From the IMG/VR virus record IMGVR_UViG_3300027730_000005: a stretch of 64,000 bases of DNA; one strand, given 5' to 3'. Shown here piece after piece: positions 55,908-64,000 of the stretch; position 1 is the stretch's first letter, and each line of letters starts with the position of its first letter. A program made the translations under genes and the position numbers. The DNA comes from a virus (lineage: Duplodnaviria > Caudoviricetes). A model generated the notes under the pieces. That model saw nothing but the letters and a program-made list of their open reading frames with translations. It searched no databases and was not told where the DNA came from.

Positions 55908-56425
55908 ACTAATTTTTCAATGTTAAGGTGTTTAAGGGTGACTTGCAGTAGATCAATCTGTCGGCGGCAATCTTCTAATGCATGGTGACTTGCTGGTGGT
56001 TTGCCCAAGTCAGGATACAATGAATATACTGTTCGTGCATCTCTTACTTTGTAGTATTTCCAAGGCAAGGGTCGATTGAAACTTTTGTAAGCATGTTCTA
56101 ATATGTTCATGTCAAATGTGGGACCTTGCGCCCAGATCCGCTTGCTTTGCCAAATCAATTTACCCAGTTCTTCTAGTGCTGTATCCAGAGGAATTCGATT
56201 GTCTTCGCCAAATGCTTCTTCTTGTGCTTCGGGCGGTTGAGTTGCCCACCAGTCTATGGTGCCTTGCTCAATGTTGCGCCCAGGTTGACTATCAGGATCA
56301 ATTCGGGCATAAAAATGCCGGGTATAATAACCCGTGCCCAGCGGGTCAAAACTCTGTGCAGCAATGGTCAGAATACATGCTTCTGGACCAGTGCCCACAG
56401 TTTCAATATCAATCATACAATCCAT
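55904..56425 (-). CDS. 3'-5' exonuclease (DEDDh)
   Basis: MIDIET, WAQGPTFD, VRDART, HHALEDC. Confidence 0.85.
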   Translation of the reverse strand: MDCMIDIETVGTGPEACILTIAAQSFDPLGTGYYTRHFYARIDPDSQPGRNIEQGTIDWWATQPPEAQEEAFGEDNRIPLDTALEELGKLIWQSKRIWAQGPTFDMNILEHAYKSFNRPLPWKYYKVRDARTVYSLYPDLGKPPASHHALEDCRRQIDLLQVTLKHLNIEKLV

Positions 56426-56430
56426 GCTGT

Positions 56431-56459
56431 ATTATAGCATGACATGTGAGTTTATGCAA
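56431..56459 (-). promoter_or_regulatory. Sigma70-type promoter
   Basis: TTGCAT-N17-TATAAT; ATG 5 nt after -10. Confidence 0.7.
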
Positions 56460-57310
56460 GCAAAAAAGTGGTCAAAAAGCTCTTTTTGGCTTTTGTCACA
56501 CCGCATACCCTTGATGCTATTTTCACTTAGACTGATAACTCTCAGATTGGTATAATGCCCAATTATGTAAGGTGGAATACAATCACGATACCCTTGCTGT
56601 ATGCTGTAAATATGATCTAACGCATTATGTGAGCGATCCAACCGACTTGGATTTATTTGATCAAAATGAGTCTTCCAACTTTGTTCAGTAAATCTCCATA
56701 CCGCATCATAGTACAACCTACGTAAAGGTCTTAGGTGCTTGGGTGTGCAACCTCGTGCCACTGCTTGTTGGTATATTTTTTCTTGGACTGCTTTGTCTTT
56801 ACTTGGATTATCTACACCGTATTTTCCTAAACAGGTTTGTTTAGATTTTTCTCTGTCGGCTTCTGTATATGTTATAGGATCTCTATATTTTCGACCACGC
56901 TCAACTGCGTTTTTATTTCCAATACTGCGGTGTTTATTTGCTTCTTGTGAATGAGCATTATCATAATCACCCTTGCTCCATTTATACTTTTGTTTGGCGG
57001 TTCTACTTGAAGTAATAAGATAGCGATTTTCCCACCACTTGACTGGAATATTTTCTACAGGACAAAGGGGTATTTCATAAACATTGTTTACTATATGCCA
57101 GACCCGTTGTTTGGCCAATGCTGTGTCGGACAGGAATGATGTTTTTTCTACTACCTGTTGCCAGAGCTCGGGGTGCGTCTTGTATAGATATCGCGTTGCA
57201 GATTTGTTATAGCTAGTGTCAGTTTGAATAATGTTTAGTAGTATGTCTTTCACACTACTATTTATCATTATCCTATTATGTACGTTATTTATTCTTAGCC
57301 AATTATCCAA
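56432..57310 (-). CDS. HNH homing endonuclease (C-terminal HNH related to 743..1339)
   Basis: KYGVDNPSK module; LDHIYSIQQGY...NLRVISLSEN; true start may be GTG 57253, 5 nt after TAAATA. Confidence 0.75.
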   Translation of the reverse strand: MDNWLRINNVHNRIMINSSVKDILLNIIQTDTSYNKSATRYLYKTHPELWQQVVEKTSFLSDTALAKQRVWHIVNNVYEIPLCPVENIPVKWWENRYLITSSRTAKQKYKWSKGDYDNAHSQEANKHRSIGNKNAVERGRKYRDPITYTEADREKSKQTCLGKYGVDNPSKDKAVQEKIYQQAVARGCTPKHLRPLRRLYYDAVWRFTEQSWKTHFDQINPSRLDRSHNALDHIYSIQQGYRDCIPPYIIGHYTNLRVISLSENSIKGMRCDKSQKELFDHFFACINSHVML

Positions 57311-58073
57311 TAACCCAGCTTAAAGGAGCACTGCCATCAACATAATTAACCAATTGTGTGATCAATGCATCCATTTCAGCTTTGGCTTCGCTTTTCATTG
57401 CTGCACCGTTGAGAGTACCGCCGCCGTTGGGGCCAGCAATAGTGCCAAATTTCTCTCTTGCTTCACCAATGATCATCTTGCTAGCTGCCACAAGATAGTC
57501 TTTGATCCATTGCTGAATTTGAAAGTCACTTAGCAATTGTATTTCAGGTTTGAGATTGTAAGTCCATAGCAACACTACTTCACCTCCGCCTGCAGGACTA
57601 CGGATCAGCTGTAGTTTTTTGGTAACTGGATTCCAAGTGTAGTTTAAGAATCCACCAAACATTCTAGCAGCTAGCTCTACGTATTGACTGTAGAAGTCGT
57701 AAGTGGCCAGGCCACCTGATTGGTTAAAGTTGATTAGATACACATTCATCTGTGCTTGGCTAAACGGGTCAAAGTTTGAACCAAATGGACCCGATGCTAT
57801 ACCAAAACTACGTTTGAAAATCTGTCTAACACTTTGCACTTCCTGGGGCAAAGTGTAGATGTTTTGCTGGTTAACCAGCTGCATGAAGCTGTAACTTTCT
57901 TCATATGCATTGTTAGCACGTTGGCGGTAGGTGCCAATGGTTTTTTGATATGCAGCTTCAAAGTGTGCTGGGTCCAGTTCGATGTCAATGATCTGGTGGC
58001 CCAACATCAGGCGCACGTACTCAAACAAATTGTTTTTGAGTGTTACTAGGTCTATAGGTTGTTGTTCTTGCAT
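57303..58073 (-). CDS. gp13: Neck protein (T4 gp13-like)
   Basis: RLMLG..IIDIEL, AASKMIIGEAREKF, GGGTLNG. Confidence 0.8.
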   Translation of the reverse strand: MQEQQPIDLVTLKNNLFEYVRLMLGHQIIDIELDPAHFEAAYQKTIGTYRQRANNAYEESYSFMQLVNQQNIYTLPQEVQSVRQIFKRSFGIASGPFGSNFDPFSQAQMNVYLINFNQSGGLATYDFYSQYVELAARMFGGFLNYTWNPVTKKLQLIRSPAGGGEVVLLWTYNLKPEIQLLSDFQIQQWIKDYLVAASKMIIGEAREKFGTIAGPNGGGTLNGAAMKSEAKAEMDALITQLVNYVDGSAPLSWVIG

Positions 58074-58097
58074 CAGGGACTCCGTCCCTGATATTTA
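58072..58097 (-). promoter_or_regulatory. Late TAAATA box overlapping a hairpin that sequesters SD and start codon
   Basis: TAAAT-ATCAGGGAC-GGA-GTCCCTGAT-G on minus strand. Confidence 0.75.
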
Positions 58098-58102
58098 GCC
58101 CG

Positions 58103-59266
58103 TTACCACACCTTGAGAATGATGAGATTGTCGTTGCCACGCCCGTTCCACTGAGTCTCAGTTGTGGTCAGTTCCTTGAAGATCTTGCGTGTGGCTGGTT
58201 TGCCCGCAGACATTAGTGCTTTGATAGTTTCTGCAGGCTTTCGCAGTGTTTTTTGCGAGCTTGTGCCTGTATCAAACCCAATCACAGCTGAACTTTTTAC
58301 AGTAAAGTTACCGCGGTGTGCATCGCCTACCACATGGATTAGTTTACGCTTCACAGTATCGTACAACCACGCTTCTGTTGCATTCACCAGCTTCACAGCA
58401 GGTTCTGATACCAGTTTGAGATCTGGAAAAGTCTTGAGATACTTGAACTTGGCTGTGACTTTTTCGGCACTCACTGCTTTCTTGGCACGTGGCTTGCGTT
58501 CAACTTTCTTGATCTGCACATAGTTGTTGCAATCAGTAATCACTTGTTCAGCAAACTTTACCAGTTGTTTCAACTGAGTTTTGGTCAGATAGCCGTAGCC
58601 TTCTACCAACTGTGCATCCTTGCCTACTACAACAGCTTCTAGCTCTGTGAGATGGCGTTTCCAGATCTGTTGAATCTGATGAATCAGTTGTGGTGCTACA
58701 TTGTGTCCACGAATGATTGTAATGGGTTGAAATTGCGCAGACATCTTTGCGCCTGCTGCAATAAAGTCATCAAACAAGCCTTCGAGTTCACCAGCTGCTT
58801 CACTTGCTCTTTCTCGCAGTCGATCCTGGATAGAAGGGCCTGCTACTTTGGCTTCTACACTTGCTTCAGGCTTGGTTGACTCTTCGTCCGTCAATGCGTC
58901 CTGAATAAATGCATCCAGTTTGGCTTGCTCCGGCTCACTCAGTTCCAGGCCCATGGTACTCATGCGGCACAACCACCCTGTGGTCAGATGTATTTGACTG
59001 TCAGGTAGAGCCCGGATTTTCTTGGCTTCTCGATTGCGATTGTGTGCATCCAAGTAATATGCAATAAAGTCTTTGGCATCTTTCTTGCTGTAGAAATAGT
59101 TATACCAACCAAACGCATGGCTCAGTCTGCTGATGCGATTGCTCACAGGTTGCAAATGCCATTCAGGTTCATTGCCCATATACTTGGTGTCTGGACTACG
59201 GGGATTTAACGATTTAACGTTGGCTTTTGCAGCTAGGACCATGAGTTTTACTTTAGTAGTTGTCAT
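58103..59266 (-). CDS. Hypothetical early protein
   Basis: 387 aa after TTGACC-N17-TATAAT (59273-59301). Confidence 0.8.
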   Translation of the reverse strand: MTTTKVKLMVLAAKANVKSLNPRSPDTKYMGNEPEWHLQPVSNRISRLSHAFGWYNYFYSKKDAKDFIAYYLDAHNRNREAKKIRALPDSQIHLTTGWLCRMSTMGLELSEPEQAKLDAFIQDALTDEESTKPEASVEAKVAGPSIQDRLRERASEAAGELEGLFDDFIAAGAKMSAQFQPITIIRGHNVAPQLIHQIQQIWKRHLTELEAVVVGKDAQLVEGYGYLTKTQLKQLVKFAEQVITDCNNYVQIKKVERKPRAKKAVSAEKVTAKFKYLKTFPDLKLVSEPAVKLVNATEAWLYDTVKRKLIHVVGDAHRGNFTVKSSAVIGFDTGTSSQKTLRKPAETIKALMSAGKPATRKIFKELTTTETQWNGRGNDNLIILKVW

Positions 59267-59272
59267 GCTGTA

Positions 59273-59301
59273 ATTATAGCAGGTTAGTCTTTTTTGGTCA
59301 A
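59273..59301 (-). promoter_or_regulatory. Sigma70-type promoter
   Basis: TTGACC-N17-TATAAT; ATG 6 nt after -10. Confidence 0.8.
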
Positions 59302-59565
59302 GTCAGTACAAAGTAGTACAAAACTCAAATCAGATTCTTTACGAAACATGATAAAGTAAGGAGTGGCGGCGTATACGTTTCTTTTTCCGAAATAGCCAGT
59401 CCAACTTGAATCACCAGGCTGAAAACAGCCCGAGGGTCCTAGCCGTTCGCGGCAAGAGCTCTCAATCTCACGAGCATTGTTGCCATAGGTGTTGAACCGC
59501 AATCCAGCTTGGTACCTGTGCTCGTTGAAAATTCGATATCTACGATTTAGCTTTATAACTTTCAT
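59284..59565 (-). CDS. Hypothetical early protein
   Basis: 93 aa after a consensus promoter. Confidence 0.7.
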   Translation of the reverse strand: MKVIKLNRRYRIFNEHRYQAGLRFNTYGNNAREIESSCRERLGPSGCFQPGDSSWTGYFGKRNVYAATPYFIMFRKESDLSFVLLCTDLTKKD

Positions 59566-59571
59566 GTGTGT

Positions 59572-59600
59572 ATTATACCTGAAGCAGACTTTCTGGTCAA
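59572..59600 (-). promoter_or_regulatory. Sigma70-type promoter
   Basis: TTGACC-N17-TATAAT; ATG 6 nt after -10; back-to-back with TAAATA 59609-59614 on plus strand. Confidence 0.8.
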
Positions 59601-59621
59601 CCTGGGCATAAATAACACACT

Positions 59622-60995
59622 ATGCCAAAACTTTCCATGTACAGGCCTAATCGAACGGCCGACTATCGATTTTTTGATCGAACTATTTCAGAAATGTATC
59701 AGGTCGGGGGAGTCGACATGTATCTGCACAAATACCTAGGTCCGCAAACTGGTGACAATACTGGTAACAATGATGCTACATTGCCCAAATACGACACAAC
59801 TAATCCGCTGTTTATTGAAGATTTACTACTGTTAGAAAATCGTGACAGAACCTACGATCCAGATATCTATGTCATGCGTGGTGTTTACAAAACACAGGAC
59901 ATTGATTTTGATCTCACCCAGTTTGGCCTGTTCTTAAACAATGACACTGTGTTTATCACATTCCATTACAATGACATGATTGATACCATGGGTCGCAAAC
60001 TCATGAGCGGGGATGTTCTAGAGCTGCCTAATTTACGTGACTACAATCCGCTGGATTCTACCATACCCAGAGCCTTGCCCAAGTGGTATGTGATTCAAGA
60101 CGCTGCATTTGCCAGCGAAGGTTTTAGTCAAACCTGGTTACCTCACTTGTGGCGTGTGAAAGCCACTCCTATGGTCAATGCACAAGAATTTGATCAAATT
60201 ACCAAACAACCGTTTGAACCCATTAACATTTGGGATCCAGGCAATTTTTATCCAGGTGGTGTCACAGTGCTGTATGGCGACAAATATTACACATCAAACA
60301 AAAATGTTCCACCAGGAACAGATATTACCAATACAGAATACTGGACAGAAAAGACCAATCCAGAAACCATTGAGGATCGACAAAGTACCCGCCCGCGCAA
60401 TTTGGCAATCAATGATGCTATCTTGGTGCAAGCAGAAGCAGAAGTACCACGTTCAGGGTTTGATGTTGTGAAGTTTTATATTGTAGCAACCAATCCTGAC
60501 GGCACACCTGCTAATCCTGAATCCGCCACTTACACTGCTGACTACACTATTAGTGATGCTAGCCGTACCGTGGCCAATGATGGCAATTCACCCAGAAGTG
60601 ATGGCTATACAGCTGGTTACTTGACTGGAGATGGTGTAGCGCCCAACGGATTGCCAGTCACTGCTGGTGTTAATTTTCCACCCAACCCCACTGCTGGACA
60701 GTTTGCATTACGCTTGGATTATTTCCCCAATCGACTGTTTCGTTTCAACGGATCAGGTTGGGTCAAGATTGAAAGCAATGTACGAACCAATCTCACACCG
60801 GGTGCCAACAACGATACTTTACGCTCATCGTTTGTTAACAATACATACACTGTGAATACCACAGACCTTGGTAACGTACCTAGCCGTCAGAGTTTGAGTG
60901 AAGCATTGATACCCGATGCAGCCAACGGTGATCAAGGTGGTAATTTGCCACCCAATCCGTATCCGCCAACACAACCTTACCAAAAATCCAGCTAA
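59622..60995 (+). CDS. Neck/head-closure protein (gp14-like)
   Basis: FFDRTISE...GVDMYLHKY, QFGLFL, GDVLELP; adjacent to gp13 and gp15 genes. Confidence 0.6.
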   Translation: MPKLSMYRPNRTADYRFFDRTISEMYQVGGVDMYLHKYLGPQTGDNTGNNDATLPKYDTTNPLFIEDLLLLENRDRTYDPDIYVMRGVYKTQDIDFDLTQFGLFLNNDTVFITFHYNDMIDTMGRKLMSGDVLELPNLRDYNPLDSTIPRALPKWYVIQDAAFASEGFSQTWLPHLWRVKATPMVNAQEFDQITKQPFEPINIWDPGNFYPGGVTVLYGDKYYTSNKNVPPGTDITNTEYWTEKTNPETIEDRQSTRPRNLAINDAILVQAEAEVPRSGFDVVKFYIVATNPDGTPANPESATYTADYTISDASRTVANDGNSPRSDGYTAGYLTGDGVAPNGLPVTAGVNFPPNPTAGQFALRLDYFPNRLFRFNGSGWVKIESNVRTNLTPGANNDTLRSSFVNNTYTVNTTDLGNVPSRQSLSEALIPDAANGDQGGNLPPNPYPPTQPYQKSS

Positions 60996-60997
60996 AC

Positions 60998-62389
60998 ATG
61001 AGTCAATTATTTTTTTATGACGAACAAATTCGTCGCTACCTACTGCAATTCACCCGCATGTTCAGCTTGTTTGAAGTTGAGTATGGGCGCAATGAACAAG
61101 GTACATCTGATTTGATCCGTGTGCCTATACGCTATGGTGATGCCAGTAGACAAGCACAGACTATATTAAATCAAAACTCTGCTAACTCATTGAATGCCAC
61201 TCCACTGATGACATTTTACATTACTGATTTAGCATATGATAGAGAGCGCATGCAAGAGCCTTATCATGTGAACAAGATGTTTGTGCGTCAACGCACCTGG
61301 GATGCAAGCACAGAAAGCTACGAAACCACACAAGGTAATGCATTTCAAATTGAAAGACTCATGCCTGTGCCTTACAAGCTCACTATAAATCTGGATATCT
61401 GGACCAGTAATACCAATCAAAAGATGCAGTTGTTTGAACAAATTGCTACCTTGTTTAACCCTGCGTTGGAAATACAGGCTACAGACAATTATATTGACTG
61501 GACCAGTCTCACTGTGTGCAACCTTGACAGTGTGAAGTGGAGTTCAAGAGTTATTCCAGTGAATAATGACAATCCCATTGACATCATGACCATGACATTT
61601 AGTTTGCCAATCTGGGTCAGTAGCCCAGCCAAAGTCAAGAAGCTAGGCGTGGTAGAACGTGTGATTGCCAGTATCTTTGATGCACAAGGTGATGCTGTTA
61701 ATGCGTTGACTGACAATGATTTGTTGTTAGGTACCCGAGTCAAAGTCACACCGTGGAGTTATCAAGTGTTGCTGCTGGACGGACAACTTCAAATATTACA
61801 ACCCTCGCAACCGGTAAATTCAGATCGTAGCACATTTCCTATACCAGAAAATCCACAGATTACTTGGCCCGCAGTAATTGCAGCATACGGTGTGTTACGT
61901 CCAGGCATCAGCTATATTACTCTAGACAATCCTTGGGTACCTGATTCTAGTATCATTGGTACCATTGCTGTGAATCCAGCTGATGATCGATTGCTAATTT
62001 ACAACATTGATCCTGATACTGCGCCACAAAACACATTGAGTCCTGTAGATGCTATTATTAATCCGCTGACTACTGCGCCCGGAGATGGGTTGCCTGTTGC
62101 TGCACTTGGTCAACGATACTTAATAAACAACAGCACAGGTAGTTTAGCAAATCCAAGCAATCCTGTGGCCTGGGAAGGTATCAGTGGACAACCACTGATT
62201 GCCAATGCCAATGATATCATTGAGTATGACGGCGCACGATGGGTTATTGCATTCAACAGTAGAGGTACTACGGATCCGCAATATGTAATTAACCTGACCA
62301 CTGGCATTCAATTTTATTGGAATGACACCAAATGGGTCAACAGTATTGATGGATTATACCCTGGTGGCACATGGAAACTGGTATTGTAA
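60998..62389 (+). CDS. gp15: Tail terminator/sheath stabiliser (gp15-like)
   Basis: FFYDEQIRRY, VPIRYG, PVPYKL, EQIATLFNP, MTFSLPIW. Confidence 0.8.
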   Translation: MSQLFFYDEQIRRYLLQFTRMFSLFEVEYGRNEQGTSDLIRVPIRYGDASRQAQTILNQNSANSLNATPLMTFYITDLAYDRERMQEPYHVNKMFVRQRTWDASTESYETTQGNAFQIERLMPVPYKLTINLDIWTSNTNQKMQLFEQIATLFNPALEIQATDNYIDWTSLTVCNLDSVKWSSRVIPVNNDNPIDIMTMTFSLPIWVSSPAKVKKLGVVERVIASIFDAQGDAVNALTDNDLLLGTRVKVTPWSYQVLLLDGQLQILQPSQPVNSDRSTFPIPENPQITWPAVIAAYGVLRPGISYITLDNPWVPDSSIIGTIAVNPADDRLLIYNIDPDTAPQNTLSPVDAIINPLTTAPGDGLPVAALGQRYLINNSTGSLANPSNPVAWEGISGQPLIANANDIIEYDGARWVIAFNSRGTTDPQYVINLTTGIQFYWNDTKWVNSIDGLYPGGTWKLVL

Positions 62390-62805
62390 GGGCCGTAGGC
62401 GTTTGGTTTTATTCTGTAGATACCAACAGGTATCTGTATCTATTACGCAACGATTCAAAATATCCTGACACATGGGGACTAGTTGGCGGCAAAGTAGAGC
62501 ACAACGAAACACTAGTTGCTGCCATGGAAAGAGAATGTGCAGAAGAGCTGGGAGTTGTTCCTAAGTATCAGCAGTTGATTCCAATTGAAAAATTCACCAG
62601 TCCCGACTCTGCGTTTGAGTATCACACCTTCTGGTGCAGAGTAGATGGTGAATTCACTCCTAATTTAAATCACGAACACATAGGTTATGCTTGGATTGAA
62701 ACTGGACGCTGGCCAAGGCCATTGCATCCAGGGTTGTGGAACACAGTAAACTTAGATACTATTCAAAAGAAGATAACTTCTCTTGAACGTACTTGCACGA
62801 GATAA
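62371..62805 (+). CDS. NUDIX hydrolase
   Basis: WGLVGGKVEHNETLVAAMERECAEELG. Confidence 0.9.
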   Translation: METGIVRAVGVWFYSVDTNRYLYLLRNDSKYPDTWGLVGGKVEHNETLVAAMERECAEELGVVPKYQQLIPIEKFTSPDSAFEYHTFWCRVDGEFTPNLNHEHIGYAWIETGRWPRPLHPGLWNTVNLDTIQKKITSLERTCTR

Positions 62806-64000
62806 TCAATCAAAGAAGAACATTTGCCACAGTCGACAATTCTCGTTGGTAAATCCAAAATAGTCTGTGGCTGAATGAATATATCCAGCATTGAATATAA
62901 CCAAGCGGTTGTATACGTTACCAAATGAGTCCACTGGTTCAAAGATGGTTCTATCTAGATTGCGACTGCCAGGTCTAAAGCATCTTGAAATCTCCGGATG
63001 ACTTATGTGTCTAATGTCTGTGCCTTTGAGCGCATGAGTTGCGGTACCCGATTGGTACGGTGCATTGGGAGTTAAGTATAACATGGCTGCCCAGGCTTGT
63101 TCATCACAGTGATACACCAGTGGCTCACCTTCCTTACACACCTGGAATCGACCGTTCATAGCATGACTTTCCCAGTTTAAAATCTTGCGATTCATAATAT
63201 ATTCAAATTCTTCTCGAAGTCCTGGAAATAAGAATTGTTCTTTAGTACGATCACCAATGTAAGGTTTATCAAATCCGCCTTGATTGTATTCTTGTGCCAA
63301 TGCAAACTTGCGTATCTCGTCAGGATTCTGATAAAAATTATCAACTATCCATATACCAGGCATGGGTTTCTGGTTGATCAATGTAGAAGCAGTACGAGCA
63401 ATATTTGACTTGGTAGTAATTGCAACTGCTGCGGTTGGCAAACTTGGAGGGAACATGTAGTCTGTGGCAAACTTTATATCGTTGCCAACAGCTCTGAGAC
63501 TGTTTCTTGTGGCTTCATCCACTAGCTCAGGATGTACCCACCAATCTTCATAGCTGTGAACTTTATTATAAGCGAGATCGCTGACCAACAGTTCGTAACC
63601 TTGGCTTTTGAGAAATTCTCGACTTTGATCTCTAACGTTTTGGTTCCAGTAATGATCATGCTCAAACGTTATCACAGCAAATCTGTATTGATCAAACGGC
63701 ATGCTCTTTAAAATTCCAAACGAAATTTCTGGTGGGTCGCAATCAACTTGCAAGTAATCAATGTCCTTGGTGAATCCTTTGGTAGCAAGAATTGCAGCAT
63801 AGTTCACTGTGGTTGCATCTGTGCATATCACGGGGTTTTTGCGTCTGTACTCAAAGTCTTTGACTTTGGCTAAATCATATTCAATGCTCAACCCTTTCCA
63901 GTCAAACATTGTTTCCAACAAAGCTGTGTTGTTGCCGTAAAAAGGTTCAGCACTGCCAATTTCTAAATATTGCCCGTTGCGTTTGCCTTTGGTTGCTGCC
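62806..64000 (-). CDS. FkbM-like methyltransferase fused to 2OG-Fe(II) dioxygenase-like domain (partial, 5' end outside window)
   Basis: Frame open to window end: ...NGQYLEIGSAEPFYGNNT, YLQVDCD, ITFEHD; C-terminal IVDNFY, HCD, LYL, NRLVIF, HSA, RLWQMFF. Confidence 0.75.
   Translation of the reverse strand, partial: AATKGKRNGQYLEIGSAEPFYGNNTALLETMFDWKGLSIEYDLAKVKDFEYRRKNPVICTDATTVNYAAILATKGFTKDIDYLQVDCDPPEISFGILKSMPFDQYRFAVITFEHDHYWNQNVRDQSREFLKSQGYELLVSDLAYNKVHSYEDWWVHPELVDEATRNSLRAVGNDIKFATDYMFPPSLPTAAVAITTKSNIARTASTLINQKPMPGIWIVDNFYQNPDEIRKFALAQEYNQGGFDKPYIGDRTKEQFLFPGLREEFEYIMNRKILNWESHAMNGRFQVCKEGEPLVYHCDEQAWAAMLYLTPNAPYQSGTATHALKGTDIRHISHPEISRCFRPGSRNLDRTIFEPVDSFGNVYNRLVIFNAGYIHSATDYFGFTNENCRLWQMFFFD

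Noticed and set aside
402-62307. Many short opposite-strand or alternate-frame ORFs in the track (e.g. 1450..1980, 45479..45973, 20005..20496)
   Set aside because: They lie wholly within well-supported genes, lack motifs and initiation signals, and are expected shadows.
1-64000. tRNA/rRNA genes, CRISPR arrays, DGR or retron elements
   Set aside because: No cloverleaf with a T-loop in intergenic space, no spaced direct repeats and no reverse transcriptase seen by eye; tRNAscan/CRISPR tools were not run.
1-64000. Stop-codon reassignment
   Set aside because: Core genes (helicase, terminase, sheath, UvsX, UvsW) are full length in the standard code and coding density is high.

Overview
64 kb segment of a large dsDNA myovirus with a T4-like gene repertoire, probably an uncultured jumbo-type phage (inferred from gene content; no database search was run). 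It is read with the standard genetic code, is gene-dense, and most genes lie on the minus strand. It carries replication/recombination genes (gp41-like helicase, primase, gp62-like subunit, UvsW, UvsX, UvsY, gp32, a 189-aa miniature DnaE) and packaging/virion genes (large and probable small terminase, gp4 head completion, tail tube, a 1152-aa sheath, gp13/14/15-like neck proteins). It also has nucleotide-metabolism genes, four HNH endonuclease genes, iscU with three radical SAM genes, and a ~12 kb glycosyltransferase/methyltransferase island with gmd. No tRNA, CRISPR array, major capsid or portal gene was seen. Most notable: (1) pervasive apparently leaderless transcription, with sigma70 -10 boxes 5-6 nt and late TAAATA boxes 4-7 nt before start codons in about 20 genes; (2) a PolX-like nucleotidyltransferase fused to a KxDG ligase-fold domain with a capsid-targeting-like N-terminus; (3) the minimal DnaE retaining its catalytic aspartates; (4) an unknown paralogue pair each coupled to uvsW or uvsX; (5) a T4-style RBS-sequestering hairpin on the neck gene; (6) CBM5/12-like inserts in sheath and neck alongside the glycan island.
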